A DNA stretch of 64,000 nucleotides from an uncultured Methylomirabilota bacterium (GTDB lineage: Bacteria; Methylomirabilota; Methylomirabilia; Methylomirabilales; 2-02-FULL-66-22), in NCBI GenBank assembly GCA_963845565.1, contig CAWJSJ010000004.1, forward strand, positions 1 through 64,000, given 5' to 3'. The translations under genes were made by a program, and so were the position numbers. Position 1 is the stretch's first letter. Every line of letters begins with the position of its first letter. Under the pieces are notes generated by a model. It made no database searches. It saw only the letters and a program-made list of their open reading frames with translations, and was not told the origin of the DNA. This document shows positions 63,831 to 64,000 of this stretch, in pieces.

Positions 63831-64000
63831 ATGGCCGCGAACGGGGAATCGGTCTACCAGACGCTGGAGCGGGAGATCATCCTCGGCCATCTCAAGCCGC
63901 GCGAGCGGCTGTTGGAATCGCAGCTCTGCCGGCGGCTCGAGGTCAGCCGGACGCTCCTCCGTGAGGTCTTCCGCCGGCTGGAAGGGGCCGGGCTGGTGAC
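63831..64000 (+). CDS. GntR family transcriptional regulator, partial (alternative GTG start at 63804)
   Basis: VYQTLEREIILGHLKPRERLLESQLCRRLEVSRTLLREVFRRLEGAGLV; not in the ORF track. Confidence 0.88.
   Translation, partial: MAANGESVYQTLEREIILGHLKPRERLLESQLCRRLEVSRTLLREVFRRLEGAGLV

Overview
GC-rich bacterial window. Gene styles (PilZ variants, CFI-box-CTERM proteins, RAYT-type remnants) tentatively suggest Methylomirabilota (NC10/Rokubacteria); this is an unverified inference. Many conserved genes carry 1-nt frameshifts, most likely long-read assembly errors. Left part: TPP-dependent dehydrogenase E1 alpha/beta, a TRAP transporter, selB, tatA, a DmpA-like peptidase, a PilZ protein and tRNA-Sec (selC). 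After selC comes a mosaic accessory region: an FN3/InlB-B-repeat surface protein, CorA, two TRAP systems each followed by an MBL-fold hydrolase, an orphan contractile-injection-system-like gene, a B12 radical SAM enzyme, a 7-repeat FG-GAP protein with CFI-box-CTERM, a GspC/PDZ-like gene, TctC, a Dpp-type ABC system lacking ATPases, and several gene remnants. A thiol/redox-rich stretch follows (VOC, bacilliredoxin, nitroreductase, DinB, DoxX, DCC1, moaA). The right end holds an MFS, a UroD-family enzyme, flgM, pfkA, an ATL protein, a PPC-domain protein and a GntR regulator. Main find: a rhodanese-like gene truncated in the ORF track that reads through an in-frame UGA (C-G-U motif) followed by a SECIS-like hairpin, i.e. 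a probable selenoprotein. Also found: two families of small inverted-repeat elements (51 bp x3, about 126 bp x2).
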